From a virus: a stretch of DNA of 64,000 nucleotides. Positions within the stretch are counted from its first letter, which is position 1; each line of letters begins with the position of its first letter. The notes under the pieces were generated by a model, which worked only from the letters and a program-made list of their open reading frames with translations, searched no databases and had not been told where the DNA came from. A program made the position numbers and the translations under genes. The stretch spans positions 8,313 to 72,312 of the IMG/VR virus record IMGVR_UViG_3300049846_001597. One strand, 5' to 3'. Below, piece after piece: positions 17,279-26,635 of the stretch.

Positions 17279-17328
17279 GGTCTTGTCCTAACCCGGAGAT
17301 GGCGCGCGGTTTGGAGGAGGAGACTGAG

Positions 17329-17553
17329 ATGCAAGAACCGACTGACAAGGAGCGTCTAACGATCTGGAGCGCGCTCGATGTAGCAGCCCAGGCTTACGAT
17401 AAGGACGCCGCCACCTTTGGTGAACTGGAGGAGGCTGCTCGCGCGAATGGCGGCGAAACCGGCGAGCGGCAAGCCGAGATGATGGGCCGCTTACGCCAGA
17501 CGTTTGAAGAACAAGCGGCGGATGCACGCAAACTGATGGAGCGGTACGAATGA
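17329..17553 (+). CDS. Hypothetical protein
   Basis: GGAGGAGGAG RBS. Confidence 0.7.
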   Translation: MQEPTDKERLTIWSALDVAAQAYDKDAATFGELEEAARANGGETGERQAEMMGRLRQTFEEQAADARKLMERYE

Positions 17554-17777
17554 CCCGCATCAAACGCGACATCCAACGCGCCCTCTGGCGCGCTTACCCT
17601 GGCGCGGCGATCACCTTTGAGAAAGGCAAGAAGCATGATTTCGTCGTCGTGCGGCTGCCGGATAATCGCGCCGCCCGCGTCAGCTACGCGGGCTCGCCGT
17701 CCGCACCGGACATCACGGTGAAAAACGTGGTGCGAGACATCCGCTCTCTCTTTCAGGCGCCGCTGCGGCATTCGTAA
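17550..17777 (+). CDS. Small protein, possibly HicA-like fold
   Basis: GKKH...SPS....KN...DIR pattern. Confidence 0.45.
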   Translation: MTRIKRDIQRALWRAYPGAAITFEKGKKHDFVVVRLPDNRAARVSYAGSPSAPDITVKNVVRDIRSLFQAPLRHS

Positions 17778-17784
17778 TAACTAC

Positions 17785-17813
17785 TTGCACGGCGCGAGAT
17801 GCCGTACTACATC
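17785..17813 (+). promoter_or_regulatory. Sigma70 promoter with GTACTACAT operator
   Basis: TTGCAC-N17-TACATC, then ACGGAGAC RBS. Confidence 0.7.
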
Positions 17814-17832
17814 GCTTTCAACGGAGACTGAA

Positions 17833-18219
17833 ATGACAACCGCAGCAACTCCCGCCCCGCCCCCGTGGCAAGATACCGTTGCACAGGAGGGCTCGCGCCT
17901 GCTCGACGCCATGCGCGAAGTGGCGCCGCAAATTACTGAGGCGGTGGTCCGCTATGTGTGGGCGCAGGGTGTGGCGGGGCTCGTCGTCGCCGGTAGCTTG
18001 GGCGTCGTAACCCTCATTGCGTGGTGGATTTGCTGCAAGGTAGCAACAAAAATACACCCAGGAGACGATGAGATGGGGATTGTCGTGATTTCTGGCTTCA
18101 TTGGCCTCGCTTGCCCGATTGCGATTATCTTTCTTGTTCAAGACAATCTCCCTAAGGTGCTCGCCCCTGAGGGCGCAGCTGCGATGATGGCGTTGCAAGC
18201 GTTGGGAGGCGGCCAATGA
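17833..18219 (+). CDS. Two-TM membrane protein
   Basis: Two hydrophobic helices. Confidence 0.65.
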   Translation: MTTAATPAPPPWQDTVAQEGSRLLDAMREVAPQITEAVVRYVWAQGVAGLVVAGSLGVVTLIAWWICCKVATKIHPGDDEMGIVVISGFIGLACPIAIIFLVQDNLPKVLAPEGAAAMMALQALGGGQ

Positions 18220-18605
18220 TCCGGCTCCTCGCCCTCTTCGCGACGTGCATACTGGCGGCGGCGGCTTCCGCCGAGGCGTTCGACCGACCCGTATCGTTGA
18301 TTGTCAGCGGCGCCTTCGGCCTCGCCCTCGGGGTGTTCTGGGATGACATCTGGCCGCGCAAGCGCGACAATGAAAATGTCGAGTACGTCGATCTCTCCGG
18401 CCTGAGCCGCGAGGCCAATTTGCCGGAGGGCTACATCGTACTCTGGGTTGAAACCCAGATGCGTAAAGACACCCATGAAATCGTCGGTTGCAAGGCCATG
18501 ATCGGCTCCCTGCGCGAAAGCAAGCGCTACGAAGGCAACGGCGCCACTATCGAGGCCGCCATTCAGCATGCGGCGATGCGCGCCAGATTTGCAGGCGCAA
18601 AATGA
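18216..18605 (+). CDS. Hypothetical membrane/secreted protein
   Basis: Signal-like N-terminus plus a TM helix. Confidence 0.55.
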   Translation: MIRLLALFATCILAAAASAEAFDRPVSLIVSGAFGLALGVFWDDIWPRKRDNENVEYVDLSGLSREANLPEGYIVLWVETQMRKDTHEIVGCKAMIGSLRESKRYEGNGATIEAAIQHAAMRARFAGAK

Positions 18606-19214
18606 ATGGCGCGCGATTGGATCATCCTTCCGTCTAGTCCCGCGCCCGGCGTCAGCCGATCTCTTTCAGGCGCAGCCAAGGTGCGGATGCTGGCCGACGG
18701 TTCGCGTACGGCCAGAGAAATCGCCGAGATGACCGGCTGCCACCTAAACTATATTTACGTTTTAGCGCGCACTGAGGGGTTGACGCTGAAGCGCGGTCAG
18801 CGCGGTGTTCAGCCGGGATCGAAGCTTGGCTCCGAGCCGCTTGTGGCGCGAAACAGTGAAATCGTGCGCCGGGTGATTGAAGGCGAAGAAACGTTGGAGG
18901 CGGTCGCTAAAGACTACAAGCTCACGCGCGAGCGAGTACGGCAAATCGTCTGGCGCGCCACCCGCATCTCACTGATAGGTCGCAAGAACAAGATGGCGGC
19001 GAAGGCCAAGCTCGCCACAGAAAAACGCGCGGCCAAAGCGGCTCAGGAAAAAGAATGGGGCGAGAAGATGCTGGCCCTTGTGAGTCTGGGCGTCTCGATT
19101 CGCGCCGCCGCTAAGCGTGCGGGCGTCACCAAGCAAAGCATGGCGGACAAGCTGTCGCGCCGCTATGGCTTGGGGAAGCTCACCCATCATGGCCGCTGGC
19201 GCAAGAAGCGTTAG
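18606..19214 (+). CDS. Multi-HTH DNA-binding protein (sigma region 4-like)
   Basis: TAREIAEMTGC; ETLEAVAKDYKLTRERVRQI; SIRAAAKRAGV. Confidence 0.75.
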   Translation: MARDWIILPSSPAPGVSRSLSGAAKVRMLADGSRTAREIAEMTGCHLNYIYVLARTEGLTLKRGQRGVQPGSKLGSEPLVARNSEIVRRVIEGEETLEAVAKDYKLTRERVRQIVWRATRISLIGRKNKMAAKAKLATEKRAAKAAQEKEWGEKMLALVSLGVSIRAAAKRAGVTKQSMADKLSRRYGLGKLTHHGRWRKKR

Positions 19215-19254
19215 TGGGTTTTTAACCGTCCCGGCTCACATGCTGTAAGCTCCT

Positions 19255-19950
19255 ATGAGCTACACGACGAGCCTCGATTACGAACCGGCCCAGGAGCCGG
19301 ATGAACTCGCCTCCTGGCTCGCCTGGGCCATCGTGGCGGCGTTCGCCATCTGGGCTGGCTGGGGCTGGCTCAATGACGGGATGACGGCCCTGAGCCTCCT
19401 CCTGGCCGTGGTCTTCGGCCTCTTTCAGGTTGCCACCAACATTTTGGCGGTGAAGGTGCGTGAGCTGGCGCGGCGCGGCGCGTTCTTGACCATGTTGGCC
19501 GCCTTTGCGGCCATGATTGCAACCGGCCTCTTGACCCACGAGAGCTTAAACCACGCCTACGCTGAGGCGGTCGAGGACGGCCACGTCACCGCTGACGCCG
19601 AGCTGATGAGCTGGCTGCTGCTTGGGGTGCCGTTTCTTGAGCCGCTTTTGTTTTGGATCAACAAGCTGCTGACTGAGCCCGCCCATACCGCGCCAGCTGG
19701 CTTAGGGCTCATCCCGACGCTGATGATAATCTTGTTTGGGCCGTCAGCTGTCGCGCAGCCGCCTCAAACGCCGCCGCCGCGAACCGATCCTGTAGTCCGC
19801 ACGCTGCCTAAGCCTCAGGCGCGCAATCTAGATGAGCCAGCCCGCGCGCAAGCTAAGCTCCTGGCGTCTCAGGGCATGAAGGCTGGAGACATCCATCGCG
19901 CAACCGGGGTGCCGCTGGCTACCTGTAAGCGTTGGGTGAAGGCAGCGTAA
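19255..19950 (+). CDS. Multi-pass membrane protein with C-terminal HTH
   Basis: About five hydrophobic helices, then QGMKAGDIHRATGVPLATCKRW. Confidence 0.7.
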   Translation: MSYTTSLDYEPAQEPDELASWLAWAIVAAFAIWAGWGWLNDGMTALSLLLAVVFGLFQVATNILAVKVRELARRGAFLTMLAAFAAMIATGLLTHESLNHAYAEAVEDGHVTADAELMSWLLLGVPFLEPLLFWINKLLTEPAHTAPAGLGLIPTLMIILFGPSAVAQPPQTPPPRTDPVVRTLPKPQARNLDEPARAQAKLLASQGMKAGDIHRATGVPLATCKRWVKAA

Positions 19951-20104
19951 GCTCGCGCTCGTCATCGAGCCAATCGTCTTCGTCGTAGCAGCCTTCTTTT
20001 AATTTGCGCTCGATCTCGCGCAGTTGCCGCTTGCGCTGCTTGCGCAGACGCAGGCGCTCATGGCGTTCAATGGCGCGCTGGACATCTGTATCGGCCACCG
20101 TCCT

Positions 20105-20542
20105 TCACTCCCTGTAGGTTTTTCCTGAGCGTATCTCTGAGATTGTTGAGCTGCTGACGCCGTACTGGCGAGCCAAGGCTGAACCCGTTGCAGGAGAGAC
20201 ACGGATGGATAGGGCGTCCTTGTATGAGAGTTTTTCAGCGCCAAACTTTCCAACAGCACGGTTGTGCTGCGCGTACCGTTGATCGTTGTTTTCCGCGACC
20301 GTCGCCCAGCGCAAATGAAGCGGATTGACGCAGGAACGAACGCCACAGCCGTGCGCCGCGACATGCTTTATCGTGGGCCTCGATCCGTTGGCGCGGAGGC
20401 AAACATAAGCATGAGCGTTCACGCCTTGCGAAATCGACCCGTAGCCATGTTTGTTGAGCTTGTAGGGCCAGATGAGGCAAGTGCTTCCGCGATGGCGGAG
20501 CGCTATCTCTTCAACAAATTCCAGCCGGTCGATCACAGACAT
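20105..20542 (-). CDS. HNH homing-endonuclease-like protein with C-terminal HTH
   Basis: CLIWP...GYG...AH...AAHGCGVRSCVNPLHLRWATVAEN; LARQYGVSSSTISEI. Confidence 0.85.
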   Translation of the reverse strand: MSVIDRLEFVEEIALRHRGSTCLIWPYKLNKHGYGSISQGVNAHAYVCLRANGSRPTIKHVAAHGCGVRSCVNPLHLRWATVAENNDQRYAQHNRAVGKFGAEKLSYKDALSIRVSPATGSALARQYGVSSSTISEIRSGKTYRE

Positions 20543-20543
20543 C

Positions 20544-20873
20544 TCAATCCTCGCGAATCAAAACGTTGTGAGCTTGCACTACGGAGACGATCTCGTCGCG
20601 CTGACGACACGCAAGCCGCGTCACCGCGCTCGCCTCAACAATTTCACCCGCCCAAAAGCGACGCTCGACAAGCTGGGCTTCCCCGGCTTCGCCTTCGGCC
20701 AACGGCGGCAACTCACTCTCAGCCGGTAGCTGATAGCGCGCGCACGGATCGATAAGCTCCTGCCGGATTGGGATTTCGAGGCCGAGCGGATCAACGTCCG
20801 GTTTCGGGATCAGCCCACACGCCGTCAACCCCAGCAACGAGGGCAGCATAAATATCAGCGGCGGTTTCAGCAT
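20544..20873 (-). CDS. Outer-membrane spanin (Rz1-like lipoprotein)
   Basis: LTAC lipobox, Pro-rich, overlaps the i-spanin. Confidence 0.75.
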   Translation of the reverse strand: MLKPPLIFMLPSLLGLTACGLIPKPDVDPLGLEIPIRQELIDPCARYQLPAESELPPLAEGEAGEAQLVERRFWAGEIVEASAVTRLACRQRDEIVSVVQAHNVLIRED

Positions 20874-21135
20874 TGGCGATCTCTCGTTGCGCGGCCTCAA
20901 CAGCTTCGCGCGTTTGATCTTCGATACGCTCGGTAGTTTGCGCCTCAGTGCTTGCCACTTCGTTTAAGGCCAATTTATCTTCGGCGGAGGCCCGCAGCGC
21001 ACGTTCGCTGTCCAGTGAACTTTGCAGCTTCTCGGCGTCGGCCTCCAGAAGCTGAAATCGCACCCACACTGACGCCACGATGGCGAGCACGAACATGCCG
21101 CTGATGACGCGCCAGTTGCCAAGCAACGCCAGCAT
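20791..21135 (-). CDS. Inner-membrane spanin (Rz-like)
   Basis: N-terminal TM plus coiled coil. Confidence 0.75.
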   Translation of the reverse strand: MLALLGNWRVISGMFVLAIVASVWVRFQLLEADAEKLQSSLDSERALRASAEDKLALNEVASTEAQTTERIEDQTREAVEAAQREIANAETAADIYAALVAGVDGVWADPETGR

Positions 21136-21413
21136 TATGAGAGCGCAACATTGTTGACGAGGCCGCCACCTGCGGCACGATCTCGTGCGACCTGCTCAAC
21201 GCCCCGGCTGACAAACGTGGTGACGACGAGGCCGAGATAGACGTTCACCGCCGTGTAATCGACGGCGATCTGATGCAGCGGCGCATAGACGAACGAGAAC
21301 ATGGCGACAATGAAGCCGCTCCAGCCGAGTGCGCGTCGCCAGCCTTTTTCGCTGAGGCGGTCCAGGCGATTGATGATGTGGTTGTAGATCGGAAGAAAAG
21401 CGGCGGCTTGCAT
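21135..21413 (-). CDS. Putative holin
   Basis: GWRRALGW plus two TM helices, upstream of the spanins. Confidence 0.65.
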   Translation of the reverse strand: MQAAAFLPIYNHIINRLDRLSEKGWRRALGWSGFIVAMFSFVYAPLHQIAVDYTAVNVYLGLVVTTFVSRGVEQVARDRAAGGGLVNNVALS

Positions 21414-21449
21414 GCGATAATGATGCGCGCAGCGCCACGCATGCGGGGC

Positions 21450-21935
21450 TCAGTTTTCTTCGCGCTCGCCGCCTTTCGGCACAAGGTCAATCGGATCGGT
21501 GGAGTTGCCGCCTGAATAGACATATTGCGCCGCGAACGTGAACGTATCTATGGCGGCCCCGCCGTCGCTGTCGTTGGTGACAGTGACGGTGCCGGTGTCG
21601 TAGTTGCCGGATGGGAACGTGTAGGCGACATAGACGGCAAAGTAGAGTTGGTCGCCCACGCTTGCGTTGACAGTGATTGGCGTCAGTGTCGGCGACTGCA
21701 CCGCAACACCGTTCTTAAACCACTGACCCTTGGCGGGGTTGCCGGATGTTGAGGTCCACGCCGCGCGCAGCGTAATGACGTTATCGATAGCGGCGAGCGT
21801 TTGCACGGAGGCCGAATTGTTTTCGTAGCCGGTGCTGGTGTCGGTGACGCTGATGTTGCCCCAATTGAGCGCGCTTGGGGTGAAGTCGGAGCCGCCGCCT
21901 GCGGCGCGGCTTTGCACAAAGATAATTGTCGCCAT
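21450..21935 (-). CDS. Virion fibre-associated protein
   Basis: Thr/Ser/Gly beta-rich, coupled to 21935..22951. Confidence 0.55.
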   Translation of the reverse strand: MATIIFVQSRAAGGGSDFTPSALNWGNISVTDTSTGYENNSASVQTLAAIDNVITLRAAWTSTSGNPAKGQWFKNGVAVQSPTLTPITVNASVGDQLYFAVYVAYTFPSGNYDTGTVTVTNDSDGGAAIDTFTFAAQYVYSGGNSTDPIDLVPKGGEREEN

Positions 21936-22951
21936 CAGCTGTTTCGCTTGTAACCGATGAGCGCAAGCTTGACGCCGGTTGCGCCAGAGGTGCCGACTTG
22001 ATCGAAATCCACGGTGATGAGCGAGTCATCCGTCACCGACACAACTGAGCTGGTGAGCACCGCTGCGGTCGCCGCTGTGGTTGACGTGGTTTCGTTGTTG
22101 TCAATTGTGAGCCGGGTGGAGAATACGGATGCAGAAGCGATATTGACGTCAAAGGTCAGGATGGAGCCGCCCGGCTGCGCTGTCGTCAGCGAGCCGCGCA
22201 CTTCGGTCAACTCAAACGCGCACGGCGCGCGGGTGGTGATCTTGGCGTTGCCGCTGGTGATGGCGGTGCTCTCGTCGCCGATGCCCATCTGATAGATGAA
22301 GCTCTCGAAAATCGCCTTGCCGGTGGCGGTCATGCCGCCGATCAAACGGGTGACGCCGCCGCCTTCGCCGATGAAACGCAGGATCATGCCCGCTTGCGTG
22401 GTGATGTTTGCGCCGCCGAGGAGGAGGTTAGCGGAATGTGCTATCGTCAGGACGCCATCGAACACCACGATGCGCTCTGCGCCTTGCGCCAACGTGATGG
22501 TGGAAATGTTTGTCGTGCCGGTGATGTGCAAGAAGTTGCCGGTGGCGGCGTCGAGATCGATAGCGGACGCGGACGCGATAGCTGCGCCTTCCGCCCAGCG
22601 CAGCGGCCCCGTCATCGCGCCGCCCGCTTTTTGCAAGTACCCCGAGAGGTCGCTGGCGACGAGGAAGCCCGCAGCTTTGTAGATTGGATTGATGGTGACG
22701 ATGGTTGAGCCGCCAGAATCCTTCAACACCGCCTTGTAGTCGAGGTCGTCTTTGAAGAAGGCTTTCGGAAAACGCCCGGCGCTGTTGGCGGTCAACACGC
22801 CTGCGGTTGAGGCGGGCGTCACCCAATCAATGTCGGTGTAGACCTCTTGCAGCACATCGGCGAGCGAATAGAAGGTGAGGGTGCAGCCGCTCTCCACTTC
22901 GCTGGAGGCGTCAATAACGGAGGCGAGGGCGTCGGCGACCGGACGATGCAT
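21935..22951 (-). CDS. Tail fibre / tail-attachment protein
   Basis: LTFY..VYTD...TANSAGRFP...YKAVLKD head-binding-like N-domain; GAAIASASAIDL..TGN..HITGT. Confidence 0.7.
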   Translation of the reverse strand: MHRPVADALASVIDASSEVESGCTLTFYSLADVLQEVYTDIDWVTPASTAGVLTANSAGRFPKAFFKDDLDYKAVLKDSGGSTIVTINPIYKAAGFLVASDLSGYLQKAGGAMTGPLRWAEGAAIASASAIDLDAATGNFLHITGTTNISTITLAQGAERIVVFDGVLTIAHSANLLLGGANITTQAGMILRFIGEGGGVTRLIGGMTATGKAIFESFIYQMGIGDESTAITSGNAKITTRAPCAFELTEVRGSLTTAQPGGSILTFDVNIASASVFSTRLTIDNNETTSTTAATAAVLTSSVVSVTDDSLITVDFDQVGTSGATGVKLALIGYKRNS

Positions 22952-22965
22952 GCCCAGATTATCGG

Positions 22966-24021
22966 CTACGCCGCCTCATCGCGGCCTTCCGCCGCCAGAG
23001 CCGCTTGCAGCGCCGCCAGGAGGCCAAGCAGCGGGCCTTTGCCACGGATCATCTCGCTCAGAGCTTGCTCGAAAGATTGGCCGCGCTGCTCAGCCGTTTC
23101 GCGAATGCGATCCACAAGATGCTTCAAGAACGGGTCTGCGCCAGATTGGACGCCCGTGATGTCGCCGCCGCCAACCCATGCTGCGGCCTGCGCCTGGGGG
23201 CCGGTGAGGCCGCGCTCTTTGCCGAGTGACTTGTAGTAATCGGCAAGCGCGCCATACTCGCTGTCTAAGCCTTTGCCGCCCCACCATGACGGCTGCTCTA
23301 GCGCCTCATCTATGTCGATGAGGCCCATGTGGTAAGCTTGGCGCGGATTGAATTGCTCGCCCTCAAACGTCACCGGATTTTTGCCGTTCTTCAAAAAACG
23401 CGGGTCGGCAGAAAAGATCGACGGCAGCGCCAGCGCGTGACTGTCTATGGTCACTGGTTCATGGTTGCCTGCAAGGTTCTCAGCGTAGCTTGCGGTCTTC
23501 GGTCCAGTGATCGGAGAGAAGCCGCCATCGTCCATGCGGTCCATCAGTTGCCGGTGGACGCCGCCTGCAAAGTGACCGTAGCCTTCAGGCGGGACCGGGC
23601 GCGACTCACCTGCGCGATCTGCGCCATAAAACAGTGAGGCGCGTTTGATCTGAGTCGCTACATCAGAGCGCGGACTGGTGGCGGCGTTGAAGTCGATAAA
23701 GCGCCGAAACGCCGTTTGTCCTTCCTCGGGGCCAAGCTCAGCGATGAACGCTGCTAGAAGCGGGCGCGTGTCGTACCATTGATCTGCGCCCATCTCGACG
23801 CCGCGATCAATAGTGTCGAGCATGCGGGAGCGAACGTTTGAATTGTTGATGAGGTCGAGCATGCGATCCGGCACGCGGCGCGGACTCGCATAAGCCAGCG
23901 CCTTTTGTTCGCCGAAGGCTTGGCCGGTGAGATTGTCGAGCAGCGCCGTGTCGGCGCCGCCATACTCAATAGCCTCACGCAACGCGGCTACGAGGCGCGG
24001 GAGGGAGGGGGCTTTAGGCAT
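22966..24021 (-). CDS. Polyvalent-protein-type domain (DUF7178/HhH-like), stand-alone
   Basis: QWYD...AATSP...PKTASYAENLAG..VTIDSHA...EY...QAQAAAW; family recalled from memory. Confidence 0.55.
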   Translation of the reverse strand: MPKAPSLPRLVAALREAIEYGGADTALLDNLTGQAFGEQKALAYASPRRVPDRMLDLINNSNVRSRMLDTIDRGVEMGADQWYDTRPLLAAFIAELGPEEGQTAFRRFIDFNAATSPRSDVATQIKRASLFYGADRAGESRPVPPEGYGHFAGGVHRQLMDRMDDGGFSPITGPKTASYAENLAGNHEPVTIDSHALALPSIFSADPRFLKNGKNPVTFEGEQFNPRQAYHMGLIDIDEALEQPSWWGGKGLDSEYGALADYYKSLGKERGLTGPQAQAAAWVGGGDITGVQSGADPFLKHLVDRIRETAEQRGQSFEQALSEMIRGKGPLLGLLAALQAALAAEGRDEAA

Positions 24022-24919
24022 CTTCGCTCGCTTTCGCGCCAACGCCTGCGCCCGCCAACGCGATCAGCAACATCGCGAGGCGCTTGCGCAATTCCTCAAG
24101 CGAGATTTTGCGACCGTCTACACCTTCGTTGTAAACCCATTCGGGCAGGAGGCCGACTTTCTGATCGGCATAAACCGTATCTTCCTGACTGGCGGTGCGG
24201 TTCTTTGCGCCGAAGGGGCCGTAATTCACCCACGAGTTTTGCCCGCGCGTTTCAGCGGTCAGCGCAGGCAGCGCCATATCGGAGAACATGCCGCGATGAT
24301 GGCGGAAGGCGTTCTCTTCGCCGCCAGCGCGGAAAGTCGCGCCAATCGGCGCGTGACCGAAGGCGTCATGCACGGCGCGGAACGCATCGTTTCGGGTAAA
24401 CGGCGCGCCGCCGAATGCGCGCCGCCCAAAACCGCGCACCGGCTCCAACAGCGGATTGAGCACCGCCTCATTGATCGAACCGAAACCGTCTTCGCTGGGA
24501 AAGACAGAAAGATGCTGGTTCTCGCGCAAATCCGCGAGCGCTGCTGCTGGCGTGTCGTAGGGGCTGCCGCCCTTCGGGATGAAGTCGAATTTGTAACCTT
24601 TGTCGAGCAACAGATCGAGCTGATCCAAGGTTTCGTCGCCCATCGCGCCCCAGGAAGCGCGCACCAGCGGGTCGGATGGATCGTTGACCATCGCGTCATA
24701 GGCGGCGGCGATGCGCGCGCCGCGTTCAGGATCAGCCGCAGCCCAATGCGTCGGGCGCTCGCCGCCGAGGCCCATGCCATCGGCGTAGCTGTCTGCAATC
24801 AAGCGTAGCCGTGCATTTGGACGCACATGCGTAGGCGAGCCAACGAGCGGCGCCTTGGCCGCCAGGACAGCTTCCAGCGCCGCCCTGAGGCTAGACCCGG
24901 AGGGACGCATACCAACCAC
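24014..24919 (-). CDS. Polyvalent-protein-type domain with zincin-like HDxxGH..E motif
   Basis: NDAFRAVHDAFGH...GEENAF..H...ETRGQNSWVN. Confidence 0.55.
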   Translation of the reverse strand: MVGMRPSGSSLRAALEAVLAAKAPLVGSPTHVRPNARLRLIADSYADGMGLGGERPTHWAAADPERGARIAAAYDAMVNDPSDPLVRASWGAMGDETLDQLDLLLDKGYKFDFIPKGGSPYDTPAAALADLRENQHLSVFPSEDGFGSINEAVLNPLLEPVRGFGRRAFGGAPFTRNDAFRAVHDAFGHAPIGATFRAGGEENAFRHHRGMFSDMALPALTAETRGQNSWVNYGPFGAKNRTASQEDTVYADQKVGLLPEWVYNEGVDGRKISLEELRKRLAMLLIALAGAGVGAKASEDA

Positions 24920-25962
24920 TAGGTCGCCTCGCTTTCCATCTCACGCTGAAGCGCTTGGCGCACTGCGCCCATCGAGAGGCCGAGGCCGCCCATAGCGGTG
25001 GCGATCTTGAAGAAATTGGCGAGACGCTGCACCTCGCTATTGTTGCGGCGGTCGCGATACTTGCCCCACAAGCCCTCGCCGCGCACCAGCGTCTTGGCGA
25101 GCGGCGTATCGAGTGCGGAGAAGGGGGCGGGGCCAGAGCGAATGTCGGCCAGCGACTTATAGGCGTTTTTCTCGGCCCAACGCGCCAGCGCCTCGCCAAG
25201 CTCGCGCTTGTAGACGCTCAACGCGGCGTGATCGCGGATAACTTCTGGGTTGCTGAGGGCGTAGTCGTAATACTGACGCATCTCAACCATCGCCGCTTTA
25301 TTGGCGGGCGTCGGGTCGCTCCAGTAGGCTTCCTCGGCGTCGGCAAGCATCCGCTTCAGCGCGGGCATCTTGTCGTCCACCGACTCGGTGACGATGCGGG
25401 AAGCGCGAGCGCTATCGATGGAGGTTCCCCACGGAACGCCTTTGCGATTGTACGCGACGGCGTGCTGGGCCTCATGCGCAAGCTGATAAGGCACTTGTTC
25501 GCCGGGCTCCAAGCGCGCACGCTCGGTGCCAAGGCGAATGTTGATGTCACCATTGTCGTACACCTCGGCTACGCCGCCGCCGCGTTGCTCTGGATCGAGA
25601 ATGAGCTGAATGCGGTCCCGTAAGCTCTTAGGCAGCGGCGCGCCCGTCACAAACGCATCGAGGTCGCCTGCATTGAAGCCTGCGAGATCGGCCTCCGACA
25701 TATCGGTTGTCATCCGCGCATCGGCCCACGAGCGCGGGCCTAGCCAGACGCCGGTATTGTCGAGGTCGGGCGACAGCGTGAGGCCGGTTTCATCCCAGAC
25801 GCGATCTTGGTCCCAGCCGCTTTCCAGCATGCTTTGCGCCCGCTGGGCGGCGCGCGAACGCGGGCTCACCGGATAAAGCATGCCTGCGGCGTTGGGATCG
25901 ACCGTGGTCGCCTCCAACAGCGCACGCAGGGCGCTCATAAGCGGACGAGGGGCGGCGGCCAC
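24919..25962 (-). CDS. LPD23-like domain plus HExxH metallopeptidase
   Basis: AQSMLESG...VWDETG; LAHEAQHAV; Y.R.LGE..AR. Confidence 0.6.
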   Translation of the reverse strand: MAAAPRPLMSALRALLEATTVDPNAAGMLYPVSPRSRAAQRAQSMLESGWDQDRVWDETGLTLSPDLDNTGVWLGPRSWADARMTTDMSEADLAGFNAGDLDAFVTGAPLPKSLRDRIQLILDPEQRGGGVAEVYDNGDINIRLGTERARLEPGEQVPYQLAHEAQHAVAYNRKGVPWGTSIDSARASRIVTESVDDKMPALKRMLADAEEAYWSDPTPANKAAMVEMRQYYDYALSNPEVIRDHAALSVYKRELGEALARWAEKNAYKSLADIRSGPAPFSALDTPLAKTLVRGEGLWGKYRDRRNNSEVQRLANFFKIATAMGGLGLSMGAVRQALQREMESEAT

Positions 25963-26472
25963 TTACGCGCCTCCAGTTGGCGGCGCAGGCTCGACATAGA
26001 GCGCGCCAATGACCCTGCGCCCGGCTGCTGTAACCACCGATACATCGGTCGAGGCGAGGTAGGTCTGCGACCCGCCCGCGTTCCCGGCGTCGTCGTAATA
26101 GACGTAATAGGTCTGGCCTCGGGTCACGCCGGTCACACTCCCAGCCGCCAGTGTAGCAGCGGCGGTCGAGCGGGTGTGCTCGGCCACGGTGATGGTGGCG
26201 GAGCTGGCGGAGGTGGCCTCGTAATCCAAAATCTGGCTCTCAGCCGGGGTGTGATAGTAGCCGGTGGTCATGCCAAACATCGCCGCGCGCAGCATCGCTT
26301 CCGCTTCAAACGCAGTCGCGCGCGCTTCGCGCACATGATCTTCGCGCTGGCCGCCGAGGCGGCGGATGATGTCTGTAAACAGACGCACGACATGGCGCTC
26401 AAATTTGCCGCCTCTATCCACCACGCGAATAGCGGCGTTCGGGATGTCGAGGTTGATGAGGGGGTTACTCAC
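25963..26472 (-). CDS. Virion tail-associated protein
   Basis: TITVAEHTR...GSVTG....YYVYYDD; GTG start overlaps the upstream stop. Confidence 0.55.
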   Translation of the reverse strand: MSNPLINLDIPNAAIRVVDRGGKFERHVVRLFTDIIRRLGGQREDHVREARATAFEAEAMLRAAMFGMTTGYYHTPAESQILDYEATSASSATITVAEHTRSTAAATLAAGSVTGVTRGQTYYVYYDDAGNAGGSQTYLASTDVSVVTAAGRRVIGALYVEPAPPTGGA

Positions 26473-26635
26473 TGGCGCGCTCGGCAGCATAGGCGGCGAG
26501 GCCTGCGGGTGCGCCAGCGGAAATCAGGCTCGCAAGATCAAAAACTCTCTCTACGCCGCGCGGCAACGGCACTTCGGGCGCAAGCCGCCCAAGCATATCG
26601 CGCAAGGCGACGCGGAGGAGATCACTGCGGCTCAT
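26465..26635 (-). CDS. 56-aa peptide missing from the ORF track
   Basis: MSRSDLLRVALRDMLGRLAPEVPLPRGVERVFDLASLISAGAPAGLAAYAAERASE; TAATG coupling upstream and GTGAGTAA coupling downstream. Confidence 0.7.
   Translation of the reverse strand: MSRSDLLRVALRDMLGRLAPEVPLPRGVERVFDLASLISAGAPAGLAAYAAERASE

Noticed and set aside
16972-17777. RHH plus HicA-like gene as a toxin-antitoxin pair
   Set aside because: The genes are divergent and separated, and the HicA similarity is weak
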